A model generated the notes under the pieces. It worked only from the letters and a program-made list of their open reading frames with translations, was not told the origin of the DNA and ran no database searches. A stretch of 64,000 nt of DNA from Paramecium tetraurelia (taxonomy: Eukaryota). Location: NCBI GenBank assembly GCA_000165425.1, contig CT867992.1:1-64000 (forward strand). The letters are read 5' to 3'. This document shows, piece by piece, positions 13,762-29,778 of this stretch; the first letter of the stretch is position 1, and every line of letters begins with the position of its first letter. Position numbers and translations under genes: made by a program.

Positions 13762-14628
13762 ATGGGAATGTGTGAATCACGAGAAGAATTGAAAGATCCT
13801 TAATTTGGGAGATCAACAATTTAGCCAAAGATGTCAGAGAATCCAAATTTAGATTTTTATAGAGGTGTCTACCCATTTTAGCTCAATAATTAGATCTAAT
13901 TTCACATGAGACATTGGAAATCCTATAATTAACAATATCAATGGATTAAGTTTTATTCAGATTTAGAATCAGATAAGCAATTTATGCAATGGCTTTATCC
14001 GAATTTCTTCTAATCATTTTTCAACACAACTAGTTTTAGATTGTCAATCAAGGAAAGGAATAGTTTCATAGAGGATGAATCAGTAATAATGATTATTTAT
14101 AGCGTAGATTATGAAATAGTATTTGGATAACGTCAGTATGTTTTAGAGATTCTTAGGGATTGGAAGAGATGAAAGCTAATAATTATAAATCTTAGATCAA
14201 CAATAGTTTGATCAATGCATATACTCCTATACGCAAAATCTGGTAAGGATCCAACGATTTATTTCCTCGATGAGCATATTGGGTTAGAGGGAATTGGCAG
14301 TTGAATTTTTACAAGTTATAAAGAATAAGTTGACTAAAAAGAATAAGATTTATACATCGAAATTCCAAGGATTCGAGTTGTTGATTGAAGAGATTGATTT
14401 ATCAGCACAATCTTTGTATTCAAAGAAAGTATCTCAAAATATTATAATAAAAGAAGCCAACAAAATCATTTGGAGAATTCAAAACACATTATGTGTAAGA
14501 GGATCTGTTGAATGAGCCCTGGGTTTAGGCTTCAATATTAACAAAGGCACCAATAATAAGCATTTAAGAAAAAAGGGAATCGTTCGAAATTAAATAAGAA
14601 GTTTGATGATAATGATTACTTTTAATGA
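13762..14628 (+). CDS. OGFr_N-like (opioid growth factor receptor conserved domain) protein with MGxC N-terminus
   Basis: PNLDFY, DLESDKQFMQWLYP and QNLVRIQRFISSMSILG resemble OGFr NLxFY, LExxHxYIQWLFP and HNNLRITRILKSL. One intron at about 14084-14108. 3' end uncertain: TGA at 14513-14515, or about 14628 if a further intron is spliced. Confidence 0.7.
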
Positions 14629-14632
14629 ATAA

Positions 14633-15369
14633 TCATTTTTTAGTTGATAAATTGGTATTGATTTTGGAATTGACAGTTTTGAACTTTTCCATTTTGAATG
14701 GTTCCTTTTTCTCCACTCCTCGAATAGCAGCTAATTTTTTATGATTTGTATCATAAAACAATTAAGATGCTTTGTTACTCTTTACTATTGATGAGGATAA
14801 TTTGGAATCCTTTATTTAGATTATAGTTACTTATGAGCTTGCTCTAACTTAGTATTTCTCTAATATCGTGGATTCAGCCTCAATTCCATAGGAGTTACCC
14901 ATAACCAATTTCATGGGTGTGGATGGTCTAATGTAAATATATTGAAATGAACCTATTTTTACGACCATATCTGAATTCTTCTTCTGGCAATTCTATGGCT
15001 TGTATGTTGGTACCCTTTTTAAGTTTTAACCTGGCATCGTGTGTCTATCTAAATTTATACATATCCTGAATAGAATGTACAGTTACATGTGCTTTGACAG
15101 ACCCATTATGAATGGACTATTTGTTTAATTCAGCAAAATCTCTGTTGGGCACTTTGTCTTGGGATTCTTAGTGGAATTTCCAAGTCATGGTAACTGAGTA
15201 AGGATTGTTATTTACCTTCTTTGGCTCCTTCCTTATCCCTTGCCAAAGGGTGTCCATAGACAAAGTCTTGATTAGGGAGATTGTATGTTGAGGGTTTGGA
15301 CTTGCCTACATCATCTTTGGTCAATAGAGGATTAGTGTGATTTTGTGAGAATGGCGGTGTTGTTTGCAT
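14633..15369 (-). CDS. CFAP77: Cilia- and flagella-associated protein 77 (DUF4483)
   Basis: NPLLTKDDVGKSKPSTYNLP..FVYG, RDFAELNK, FRQTHDARL, YGRKNRPSTPM, PFKMEKF. About four short introns. Confidence 0.85.
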
Positions 15370-15513
15370 TTTAATAATAAATAATTAATTAATTTGTATT
15401 CTAGAATTGCAGTCATAGAAATGGTGTGGATTGATTGGGGTGATATTGATTATGTTTAGGAATGATAATAATAAAATAATGTTGATTATATATATATTAA
15501 TATTAATAAGCAA

Positions 15514-16289
15514 ATGAGCCAGGATGAATTTTGGCCGAAGGAGGAGGGAATTCAAGAAGGTTAGGATGGTTAAAAGAAGAGAAAGAATAATAAAAGAGTA
15601 ATTACAAATCCCAGTTAATAAACAGGTCATTGGAGTGAATTGGAACATTAAACATATATCGATTTTTTGAATATGCATAGATCTGTGATGGAATCACAAG
15701 ACCAAAAGAAGACAAGCAAAATATTTAAATTGATGAGTGAGACCATTGGTACTAGAAGTCCATCGCAATGCAGGTTCCTGATTTCATAAGAATTATTTAG
15801 ATCTCATCATTAGAAGTTCAATCCTTTTGTTCATCAAATCAAGAAGAGATAAAAGAGGAAAAAGGAGAAATAAAATACAGAGAAAATAACGAAGAATGAT
15901 GAAAATGCATTCTTGTAATCTTTGCAAATTCAGCATCAATTATTTTAGTAATAACCTTTGGTAATTCTCTAATCAATGTATAGGAATATTAAATGTTATA
16001 GATTCCTTACTTCCCCTATGTTCCTGTATTTGATAATCCATTGAAGGAGGATGAAAAGTTTAATGAGTAATAGCAGTTGTATTTTCAACAGTGCATGCTC
16101 TTGCAATAACAATTACCTTAATAATTGGATGACAAGAACATTTGTTGTTTCAATTTTAATTTCATGCCCCAACAGCAGATGCATTTAAATTTTAATTACT
16201 TCCAATAATAATAAATGTTCAACAATGATTTTCAAGCTTTAAATTCATGCGATCTTAACATCAAGGAAAACTAATTCGATGAGCAATGA
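15514..16289 (+). CDS. Single-repeat Myb/SANT transcription factor (SHAQKYF-like)
   Basis: GHWSELEHQTYIDFL...IFKLMSETIGTRSPSQCRSHHQKF, Q-rich tail, two introns. Confidence 0.85.
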
Positions 16290-16350
16290 TAATTAATAAA
16301 TCTATATAGTGATGTAATAATATAAATAATTATAATATATATAAAAATAA

Positions 16351-18249
<1,899 letters not shown>

Positions 18250-18269
18250 ACCTATAACACATCATTCAA

Positions 18270-19877
18270 TTATATTTAAATATTATCTACTTAGTATAAA
18301 AATATACACTATAATAATCATCAAAAATGATCTACAAATATTCATATTAAATTCCATTTTCAATACATCTTCTACTGAATATACAATATTATTCTAAAAC
18401 CTATCAATTAATACAATATTTTGAGTCACTCTATCTTAAATATTTATATTCAATCGCAATAATTGGATATCCATTGGAATATATTTCATTACATGATTAT
18501 TTGAATATTAAGATTTATATCATAAAATAGATATCAAAAGAGAGACGTATAAACATAAGATAAGTATTTAGAATAGTAAAGTTATTTAATACTCAAATAT
18601 TGGAATTCTGCATAAATGTATGAAGTTCTTTAATGCTAGAACACTTAGCTTTTTATTTAGTTCTTTTATTGATTACAACAATAATGTTATTATCTGTTAG
18701 ATTGATTGAGAAGTTGAAGTTATCAAATTCAATTTCATTTCTTTTATCCAATTTATTAAATCCTAAGAGTTTAATTTATTAGATTAGATCATGATCGATA
18801 GGTTATTGTCTGTGATATTTTAGCTAATTATTTTGATCGAATTCTTTGAAGAGAGAAAAAAAGATTTATTCATTATCTTTACTGTAGATGTCTCTGGTAA
18901 CTAATTCTCGTAGAACTAATTTGTAATCAGTGCTTTAGGTTGATCGGTAGATAATAGTTTTTAAGGCTTCTCTTAGATCCTTTTTTTCAATATAATTTTA
19001 ATGTAATTCAAGAGCAACTCGATTATAATCTATATTAGATCTGGGATCAATTCTATCAAAGAGGAATTTCTCCTTTTCTAAATACATTTGATAGAAACTC
19101 TTAAAAATTTGAAAGGATACAAATGTATTTGATTGCTCATCTAATAGGATTAAGACTATTCGTTTAAGATGATTAAATATATTTCCCTATCCTTCAGTTT
19201 GATCAAACAATAATTCAAATAAAATGTGAAAGAGATTGGCTTTGGTGATTTATTCAACTCGGATTCTCTCCTTTTCATCCAATTACTCAATTTTCTTTAG
19301 ATATAGATCGAATAAATATTGTTTAATTTAAGGTTGGTATCTTTCATCTTGACTCAGAATAAACTTACTGCAAATCAATTTACTCAGAATCATCCTAAAT
19401 TTTGTCCTGTTTACAATGCTAACAACACCTCTGTTCTAAACATAATAATAATTCTACTATTTACTCCTTGTAAATAATATTCATATAATTAGAGCAATTC
19501 ATCTATATAAGAGATTTCGTATTATTTAGGTTCAATTAAGACATTCAACATAAAGTCAAGGACTTCATTCTGTTCCTGTCTGTCAAACATTGGGCAAATA
19601 CAAGACAAAGGCTTTTAATTAAAAAAACCAAACCAAGTATCTTTTAATAATTGTCTAAATTGCTATTCATTATGTGCTAATTGTCCAATCTTAGAAATCT
19701 GGCTCAGAAATGAGGTTCTAAAACTTTCACCTAAACCCAAATTGTCAACCATTTTTTCATAAAACCTTTAATTATAATGAGAGTTGTTTTGTACCATTTC
19801 TATACAGAATCCAAATGAGTTGGCAAGTAATAGTCATAAGTCTTAAGATGATCAAACACTTTTTGATTAGGCTTCAT
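18270..19877 (-). CDS. Hypothetical helical protein
   Basis: ATG at 19877 (MKPNQKVFDHLKTYDYYLPTHLDSVQKW), long code-6 open stretches and short GT-AG introns. Exon structure and 3' end unresolved (TGA at about 18520 or about 18270). Confidence 0.5.
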
Positions 19878-19936
19878 TATTAATTTTATTATAATAATAA
19901 ATTTCAATTTGTATATATGTTTTTGAATATGAATCA

Positions 19937-20500
19937 TCAATCTTATTCTGACAATGCTGTTCCTTCCAATGCTTATCTTTATTGTTCCTCTTTGTGTTCT
20001 TACTCCATCTAATCTTCTCTCATAATGTTGTCCAAGTCTGTTTACAATTTGACCATAGCTGGACCTCTCTCAATCTCTTGGGTCATTTGAAGATATGCAG
20101 TATTAAATTACTTGGCCAAATGATCACCAGAATCTTACTCAATGATATTTCCATTTGAATCTGTGACTGTGTATGAATAAACACCAGCATTATTAGATAA
20201 ATCAGTAACCTATCCTACAACACCTGGAATATACTCAGCATGAGTTTCAACTAAGGATTTATGTTTTTTGTTCTCGTGCTTCACATCCTCTGAAGTTATT
20301 TGAGCCCAGTGTTCTATTCAATTTACAAATTTTATACGAGCTTCCTTTGGATTCAGATGGTAATCGCTGTCCCCCAAATTTACAAATTCCATGAATGCAC
20401 TATTGAATGTTCTCTTCTAGTGAACTGCACCGTGTGATTTTCTCACGTGTCCAGCATATGCTGTTAATAGCAATGCGCATATAAGAACTGATTTGTACAT
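19937..20500 (-). CDS. Small secreted protein of unknown function
   Basis: Signal peptide MYKSVLICALLLTAYA, one 24-nt intron (20314-20337), acidic C-terminus, clean TGA. Confidence 0.85.
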
Positions 20501-20983
20501 ATTAAAATTATTAATAATCGTTTTTCCACTTTTTACTTTTACATTGTAAAAAATAAAATAACAGATTTATCCCCTTTTATTAAACATAACCAAGAGTACT
20601 TCTACTAGTCTAAAATATTTGTTAACAATTATTAGCCCAATCCCTATTTAACTAGATAATTTAAATATTTTATCAATACTTTCAAAATACTTTTATTAAG
20701 ATCTTGAATAACTTAATATAAGAAATAAAATATACCATATCTTATATTTAAACTGCTTAAGATACTAATTTTATAATATTAATTAATTATCAATTCTACA
20801 CACAGGTCTTAAAGGTAATCCAAACTGATGTTTCTTCCTTTTGGTGTTGAATAATTAGACAATTAATAATATAATTTATTTGATAATATATCACGCATAT
20901 ATATATGAGTTCCTGTTAATATATTGATCACAACTCATAATTAATTATTTCACAATCTTGTAATTTAATTACTAAAAAATAAA

Positions 20984-22619
20984 ATGCTTAATAACTTGAG
21001 AGATAGTTAGTAAAACAAGTAGGTTTTAGTAATTATTTAGTTACTAAAGTTAACTCGAAAATTCATTAAGCAATTAAGTTTAATAAGCCTTCTAATCAAC
21101 TGTTTAGTTTCGAGTAATCTCTTTTCTGCTTTATTTCTTAATGGTAGTGATTGTGATAACTCTGCTTATTTCTATTGTTGTCGCCAATAAATATAGACAA
21201 TCCTAATAATTACTTTTAGTGGGAATTTTGATGATTCCTTTGTTAGTTGTTCTCTTTGGATGCACATTGTACGTCCAACTTTAATTTTCTGATGCAAAGG
21301 AAAGGCTGAAAAAAGTACCCCAAGAGAGGTATTTGAATAGATGGATGTACTAGTCATCAATTAAATTCTTCTTTTTCTATACAAACTAATCTTAGTTTAC
21401 TGCAATTAGATTGACATACTTATATATTGTGTTTGCTATCTTTATACTCATTCGCAACGTGACAAATTTATCAAAGGATGAATACAGTGAAGATGAAGAT
21501 TATAAGGATCTAGATGAAACAAATAACGATGATAGAATTAATTACTAAACTAAACCATAAATTAGAGGAAACTTATTACTCGCTTTAATTATCTTTTGTT
21601 CATTCTTGGCTTCCCTTTTCTTTATTTACGAAGCCTTGAAAATCGTATTGACAATCTATTTGAGATGCAGAAACAGTTCAGTACTTCGTTATTAATACAC
21701 TGATGTCAATCTAAGTAATTTTCAATTTAATCAATAGATGTTCTGAGAGTTATCAGATGGAGTAAAGCATTTTGTGGGCTCTTTCTTGTGAACCATATTG
21801 GAAAAATGATGATCTTGTGCACTATATTTATTACTCCCAATTCTTCCTCATATGTCCTAATAGGATCTAATATCTATTACCACTTCTTTATGGCAACTCT
21901 AGTCAATGCCTTATTCAATGAGATCTCTGCAAGTATACAATATTACCCATCTTAATATAGTCCAAAGACCTCCTTAGAATGACAGTTCCCTATTCATCAA
22001 CCATCAAGTGTTAATAGATTCAAAATTAAGAAGTATGCAAACCAAGAAAGCATTTTAAATCCTATTAATCACATCCTTCATTTTTACAATCGTGGGGACA
22101 TGCTTATTTAGAATTTAAATATATACATTTAGTGGGATCCTCAATTTTGACATTTTCATATTCTATGATTGTTCCATAACTTAATTAATATTGTTAGGTT
22201 TGGCTATTCTGAAATACTTGGTCATTCCCTAATTCAATAGAGAAAATGTCCATATTGTACAATAACAATAGGCTTAGGGTATTGAAGATCAGTAATTGCA
22301 AACGATTGAGAATTAACAAATACGATTGTCCACAGAGTAGGCTTAATTGGATATGATTCTTAGATCGTAGAATGATGAGATCTATGAGAATTCAAGAAAT
22401 AAGCTTCCATTCAAGAAAGTTAAAAATATTGATTGCATCATTTAAAATGAAAATGAGAAATCAGATTGCATCATTTGTTTGCAACCAATGGTACTTAGTT
22501 CAGATGATCCTCTACTGTAATTAAATTGCCATAACACTCACATCTTTCATAAGAAATGTATTACAGATTGGCTTGTCTAAAATAAAAAATGTCCATTATG
22601 TAATACTCAAATTTTATGA
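20984..22619 (+). CDS. Multi-pass membrane RING-H2 E3 ubiquitin ligase
   Basis: Several hydrophobic segments. C-terminal CIICLQPM...LNCHNTHIFHKKCITDWLVQNKKCPLC. Several short introns. Confidence 0.85.
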
Positions 22620-22734
22620 CATAATAATTATTATTTTTATATTATTTTCAAATTAGAATCAATCCTATAGCCATTTTAGTATAAAATATATGGCGAATAA
22701 ATGTGATTAAATAAATATTATTATATAAATTTTA

Positions 22735-23116
22735 ATGAACACAGAGAGCCAAGCTATTGATTTAAACAGAAAAATATTAAAATCCAGTTTAACGAGATAA
22801 TTCACGAGATCTCCAACGAGATCAAGGAAAAGAATCATTTCATTACCTCCGTTAGAGGCAGCATAAAATTAATATTAGAAATTAAAACAACGAAATATTA
22901 GCTACCACAAAGAGAGTCCAAGAGAAGTATTTATTTTATTTATCAGTGTTGTAAGGTTTGATCTGTTTGACCATCAGAGAATTGAATGGCCTGTGTTTGA
23001 ACACCTGTCGATACACCAAAGCCAAAGAAGAAAAAAAATATTTTCTTAATAACAAATATTTTGATTCTTGTTTTAATGCAATGAATAAAAGGAAATTCCA
23101 ATTATTTAATAAATGA
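22735..23116 (+). CDS. Short hypothetical basic protein
   Basis: ATG after an AT-rich leader gives MNTESQAIDLNRKILKSSLTRQFTRSPTRSRKRIISLPPLE. Splice and stop positions unresolved. Confidence 0.4.
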
Positions 23117-23719
23117 TTTTAAATATATCTCATATTCATATTAATATACATTAGACTATTACCATTGTTTTTTCAGGCTTCTAAACATATGCACTCAATC
23201 CGTTACTTTATTAATCCATCAAGACTCTTACTGAATTAATTGATCTTCAATTAATAAACCTAAGAAACTCATCAAATCTTTTGGAACTTCTTTTTTCTGG
23301 AATTTGAATATGCTATCTAAAATTATGGATAAATTAATTAATACGATTTTGTAAATAGAAATCAAATTATAGTAATCAAGTATAGGGCCAAATAAATTTG
23401 CGACTTTCGTAATTGAAGGTCTAGTAAAAGTATTTGAGGAATGTTAGGATATCTTTTAGATTGAAAATCAAATTAACTTCTTTTTAATACACCCTAGCAT
23501 TTCCAGTTTATTCATTTGATTAACTCCTTGGGTCTCTACTTTTCATGAATAATATTTTTAGATGATATCATTTTGCCATAAATTATGATTATTGTTGCTT
23601 TATGGTTATAAATTATATATTGTGTATATATATAAAATTAACAGTAGGAATTTGTGAATTACTATTAAACCTAACTCTTTTGAACTCTGTTCTGTAATTT
23701 TCATTTAATTTATTTTATA

Positions 23720-25122
23720 ATGTTAAAAAACTTCATTGTATATGAGAAGTTGGGAGAAGGTAATAATAGATGCAATTTTATGCCATAGGATCGTTTTCTA
23801 CAGTGTTGAAAGTTAAAAGATAATCGGATCAACAGGAGTATGCGATGAAGAAAGTAAGGATGGGGCAATTAAAAGAAAAAGAGAAAGAGAACTCTTTGAA
23901 TGAAATTCGGATATTGGCTAGCATTTAACATCCAAATATAATAGCCTATAAAGAAGCATTCTATGATGAATAATCTTAATGTTTGTGCATTATAATGGAG
24001 TATGCAGGTTAAGGAGATTTACAATAACATATCTAATAGCAACTTAAACAAAAGCAATACTTCTAGGAAATAGAAATCTGGAAGATGATTTACTAAGTCT
24101 TACTAGGTATTTACATTTTGATTGCATAATTTATAGCTTTGCGAACGTTACATCAGATGAAGATATTACATCGAGATTTAAAGTCAGCCAATGTATTCCT
24201 TCATGAAAGTAACTACAAACTTGGTGACATGAATGTTTCTAAGGTGGCCAAAAAGGATTTAGTATATACTCAAACAGGAACTCCATATTATGCCAGTCCT
24301 GAAGTTTGGAGAGATTAGCCTTATGATGCCAAAAGTGATATCTGGAGTTTGGGTTGTGTGGCATACGAGATGGCTGCACTTAAACCTCCCTTCAAAGCCA
24401 AAAATATGGAAGGCTTGTACAAGAAAGTCTAAAGAGGATTATTCGAACGAATTCCCTCTAAATTCAGTGGAGAATTGATGACTATTATTGGATTATGTTT
24501 ACAAGTCCAAAGCAAATCTAGGCCGTCTTGTGCTCAATTGCTAGCCAATCCTATTCTATTGAGGAATGCTCGACAATTCATTACTGAAAGCAGAATTTCA
24601 TAATAAACTTAGTCATCCCATAATGGTTCCATGATGCTTCTATAAACTATTAAACTACCGAAGAACTTGAAGCTACTTAAAGAGAAACTTCCTAAATCAC
24701 AATACCTTATCGAAAGTGGCAATAAATCTTATGATGAATCTTTAGTAAATAGGTCCTTTCTACCTAAAATTCAAAATCAAAAAGAGATTAGACACAATGG
24801 TTCTGTTCCACCTCTAAAAAGTGATAGCTATCTCTAGTAATACTAGTCATACTAACCAACATAAATCAATTCCTTAAATGATGATAAACCTAAACACAAT
24901 GGCAATTCAGTCTAAATACTAGAGATGGAAAGAATCAGACAGAAGAAGTTACTTGAAAAATAACAAAATCTCAAGATAAGTGTTATTCAATAGAATGCTA
25001 TACCCTACATCAATAGTTCATCTTCTTAAATTCAAAATCTGTATTAAAACAAACTGTCTAATCATGACTAAAATCAACAAAAACACTACTCTGAAGCTCC
25101 TAAACCCATTTGGTGGGGATGA
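23720..25122 (+). CDS. NIMA-related (NEK) protein kinase
   Basis: [58 protein letters not shown]. Ends PKPIWWG*. Two introns. Confidence 0.92.
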
Positions 25123-25763
25123 TTCAAAGTTTTATTATTTATCTAAAAGATCTTTTAATCAAAGATGGAAAAATATCTTAAATTTTTTTATTAAATATAT
25201 TAATTAACTTGATTCTTCAATAATGCGAAATTATGTCTTAGGTAGTCATATTATGTCCTCTCCTTTAAGTAATAGAATAAGATATTTTAAATAATTTCCA
25301 AGATGTATTATTTTATTAGCAACTTTGATAGAATTCTTCATAATAAATTATAGAAAGATAATTTTTAATGTATAAAATTAAACCCCACATGAATAGTTAA
25401 TTATCGAATGAGAATTTTCAATTTTATTAAATAGATTAATTGAAACTGTGAAATTTCTTTTATTTGTTAATTAATTTAGGTTTAGATTGAGATGTTGAAT
25501 TGAGTGATTCAAATAATAAATTTTATTTGAAGCAATACTAATTTACTTATTTTAAACTAATCTCAAAATTTGATTAATTTAAATATAATATGTGATTATT
25601 TTAATGTTTTGGTTTAAAATACAAATTTCATCAACTCTGAATTAAATCTCTTTAGATAACATTTTAATTAGTAAAGTGATTAAATACTGCATTTATTAAC
25701 CAATCATTAGTCTTATCAAAATTAAATAATAATTAAAGTTTGTTAATTAAAATTACGTTCTAA

Positions 25764-27424
25764 ATGGAAAGAATCCATCCTGATCCGGAGTAATCGGAAT
25801 AAAATAGGTTAATTTTTCTTGCTTACATAGGGAACAAAATCAAAATAAGAAAGAGGGGTAATCTAACGTAAATTTTTGCCCAATTTTTTTTATTTATAAA
25901 CTTCTTATGATCTACATTGTTATAACTATCATCTTTTGTATGTTTGTAGCTAGCAAAAATAATGATTACAGTTAAATTATATATTTTTGCACTTGTGAGA
26001 TAATCTTGAAGGTGATTATTTTAGTTTGCTTATTGTACCAATATTGTTAGTTTATTGAAGCTGAGAATAAAGCAGGACTCATAAATGAATAATCTCGACG
26101 AGAAATTGAAGTTAATTTAGTACTACATTAATCAACATTCTAATTTGTGATCGCATTTGCAAACTAATCCCAATATTTATGGATTAAAATCATACTTTTT
26201 TATTGTTCTCTTTGTCTATTAATGCTAAATGTATAAGTAGATCAAAGTTCACTACCTATTTGCTTGTGTCATGATTCTATGGAAGATCAATATATAGAGT
26301 TTAATTATTCTGAGTTAAAATGCCTTTTAGAGAAGGATTGTAGAATAGAAGACTTTGAAACCAGCTCATTTCCATATTTAACGCAATTAACTTTAATGGA
26401 TTGGCCAATCATTGTTATTTTGTTGATTTTACTGTTCGCTAGAGTTTTAATCATGCCCTTAGCATATTGTATTAAGAAACTCTAGATTATAGAATACTAG
26501 TATAGTTATAATAGTGCATGTAATTCAACACATTAAACATTTTAGTTAAATAAAGAACTCTCTCTTCTGGGTCATTTATTAGCGGATCCATAATTTTTTC
26601 CAGTTTAGTAAAATTAATAGTTCTCAGTTTATTAATGATACTTACTAAAAATAGTTCTTGTTATGTTTTAGTAGCATCGAATATATTCTATCATATATTG
26701 ATAGCCATGGCGTTCAACTAGATCAAATACACCATCAATTTTGGTATTAAGTATAATTAATTCTATAGAATAAGCACTTGAAGAATAGTGCTACCAAAAT
26801 TCTTAAATTCTTATAGATTCCATCTTATGGATGAATAATTTAAAAAATGCATTTTTTCAATTTGGATTACTCTTATGTTTAATATTCACTACAGTTGGCT
26901 AATCAAGTTATTAAAGATCTGATAAAAGTACAAATATAATGAATTATGATATCTTCATTGAATTCGATTGTGGAATATTTCAATTCATAATGCTCACCAT
27001 TTTGATTTATAAATATATCATTTATCAGAAATGTAACAAAAGTAGGATCTTAATATTCAACAAATATTATCATGGAAGCAACTAAGAACTATCAACAAAT
27101 CAATCCTCATTTCAAAATTAATCAATGTTAACTAATAGCAGAATACCAACTTAACCTAATAACGCAACCATAATTCATTAATAAGGTAATCTACTTAAAG
27201 AATTAAAATTTGCATCTCAAGAGTTATCAATCTATAAGGCTGTAAAACATATAACAACTGACATAGACTGTTTAATATGCTTAGAATAGTTGACAAACAA
27301 ATCAGCTAATGTTGTGTCATTAAAATGTCATCATCTTCATATGTTTCACATGGAATGTATTAAATAATGGTTTCAACGTCATACAACATGCCCAACTTGT
27401 AAACATGAGTTTTTTATTAATTGA
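25764..27424 (+). CDS. Multi-pass membrane RING-H2 E3 ubiquitin ligase
   Basis: Hydrophobic segments such as IYKLLMIYIVITIIFCMFVAS. C-terminal CLICLEQL...LKCHHLHMFHMECIKQWFQRHTTCPTC. Middle exon frames not fully traced. Confidence 0.78.
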
Positions 27425-27733
27425 TTTATCATCATCAACCTTTTGCATAATTAATTTTATCTCATATAACATATTTTATATTAACACAATCATTTTTGAT
27501 GTTTCAATTTATTTGTATCATAAACTATCTCTGATTTTACTATGAGAGAATTGTTTCAATTATGAAATATGAATTGATAACTCATAGATGTTTGATAATG
27601 TAGGTATTCTTAATTAGTAATGCGTAGTGAAAAAGTGGTAAATCACAATATCCAGAAATGAATTATAATAAAAAATTGAATAGAATTGGAATTTCGGAAG
27701 TATTTTGATGAATTGTGAAAGAGGGAATCAAAA

Positions 27734-28196
27734 ATGAATGAGGATTAATTGGATAATAAACAGAAGTTGAGTTTAAATGATCCAGAATATTAATAAATCT
27801 TGGAATATATATTTAATTTAAATAACAACGAGATGGCTTAAATGGACCTAGAAGTCACAAAATCTTAATGTGACACATCGCAGAGTTCTAAAAAGTAATA
27901 GAAGAAGTGCGGACATTGGAATTAAGAGGAACATGAATCATATCTTCGCTTCTTATAAGAAAATGGCAATCATAATAAGGGCCAAAGGTTATTTAAGAAG
28001 ATGAGCCAAATCATAGGAACAAGAACGCCTAGTTAATGCAGGTAATGCTAAATTTAATAAGATTAGATCTCATCATTAAAAGTTCAATCCTTCAAAACCT
28101 TGTTTCAAGTTAATTTAAACAAAAATAATGAAAACAAAATAATTGGCTCGCTTGTACATGAGTAGACATCAGGAAAAAGATGAAGATGAAGACTGA
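27734..28196 (+). CDS. Single-repeat Myb/SANT transcription factor (SHAQKYF-like)
   Basis: GHWNQEEHESYLRFL...LFKKMSQIIGTRTPSQCRSHHQKF. Intron in the same codon (R of QCRSHH) as in the gene at 15514. Confidence 0.85.
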
Positions 28197-28509
28197 ATGA
28201 TAGTTTTTTATGTATATAACAAATTCAATTTTTGCTTGTTGCCGATGTTTAAATATTTAAATAATCAAGAAATTTTGTTTTCTCAAGTTTCACCAAATTG
28301 AAGGGCTTGGTTTTTGATGAAATATTACAAATACCTATAATAGGAAGGTTACATGAAATCTGTTATGTTACTGTGGAAATCCAAATAAAACTGAATAAAA
28401 TTTAAGAAAAATGTTGAATTGACTATGAAGCGAGTGTGATTGATAATTTAATGGGAAAAAGTGCTATCTTAAGTAATAACTGAATCTGTTATGATATTTA
28501 ATATATAAA

Positions 28510-29706
28510 ATGAATTTTGACAATATTGTGAAATTTATGGAGAAATCAGAGGCTTGTTTAAATTATGAGTTGATTAATGTGCCTTTTGTTCCAAATACAT
28601 TTTCATTGTGGAGAGATGTTGTCTATGAAAATTTGGAGTAAGACCAATGGTTTGAGTTTGTGAAATAGATTGACAAGTAGTTGTTTTAAAAATATTTGGA
28701 GAAGGTAAGAGAAGCATATGCAAGGAAACTAACTTATTAAGATTTGAAGTTGAATCTTAGATACGATATAGATGCCAAAAAGTTTGAGAGCATATTCGAA
28801 AATGAATTAAGTAATAGAGTTTAAAATGATAATAGAGAAACAGGTTGATACAATAACAGTGCATCTCTCCTATTATCAAGCTTAGGTTGAATATGCATAT
28901 GACTTGTTAAGGAGAATACATACATATAAGTTCGTGGATTTCAATGTAGAATAAATTTAGACATGGCAGAAAGATTAAACTTTGTATTAGAAATATTTAG
29001 ATAAAATTGTAATGATTATTTAAATTCATCGTATAGATGAAAGGATTCATTACGAATGTGTAGGAGATTGCAACTGAGAAGATAAAGGAATTCTGTGCCA
29101 CTGGGTTAATAAAGAATAATTCATTCTTGGATTCAGGGAAATCCTTTTTTAAATCATTCTTTTTCAATGGAAGTGTTGCTGTGGCTAAATTGAGTAATTT
29201 GAATTTGGGTTTATTTGTAAGATGTTTAAATAACGATTTAGATTGGTGGAATAATAGCAGAATAAGTTGTCAGTAAAGTGGCATTGAGTATAATGACATA
29301 GAGGATTAGTTCTAAATTAGATTTCTTGTAATTGGAACTTGATCAAATGACAAATGAATTAACTTATATCAATTCAGATTTGGATCATTTGATTTACAGA
29401 GCTGTCGAAGAATTCCCAAAGAACTTTGATTAAAACAAAAATTGTAATTATAGATTCTAATAGAATTCAGTTATTCAAGCCTTTGTTTAAAAGAACTACA
29501 AAGTGAATTTGGGAACTGACATCATCTATTGTCCAGATACTAATACCATTATTCAGAAGAGTGTCGAAGAGGACTGTGTGTTGTTGAATGAAGTTGAATA
29601 CAATCTACCTCTTTAAGAAGAGATCGACGAAGATGCTTGTGTCATAAAATTATCCACCAATATTTCAGACAACATTAATAAATAACATTTTGATTCTATG
29701 TATTGA
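28510..29706 (+). CDS. Hypothetical protein
   Basis: MNFDNIVKFMEKSEACLNYELINVPF..., 25-nt intron at about 28811, ends EEIDEDACVIKLSTN...DSMY*. One internal junction untraced. Confidence 0.6.
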
Positions 29707-29778
29707 ATTGAGTATATGAAATAATTATTTACTTAATTAATGCTTATAAGAAATAATTATTTACTAAATTAATTTATA

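Noticed and set aside
18500..18540. TGA in the hypothetical gene as a retained IES
   Set aside because: No convincing TA-bounded segment with IES-like ends. It may simply be the true stop.
23130..23580. Possible short minus-strand gene
   Set aside because: No consistent start, splice and stop model and no recognisable motif.
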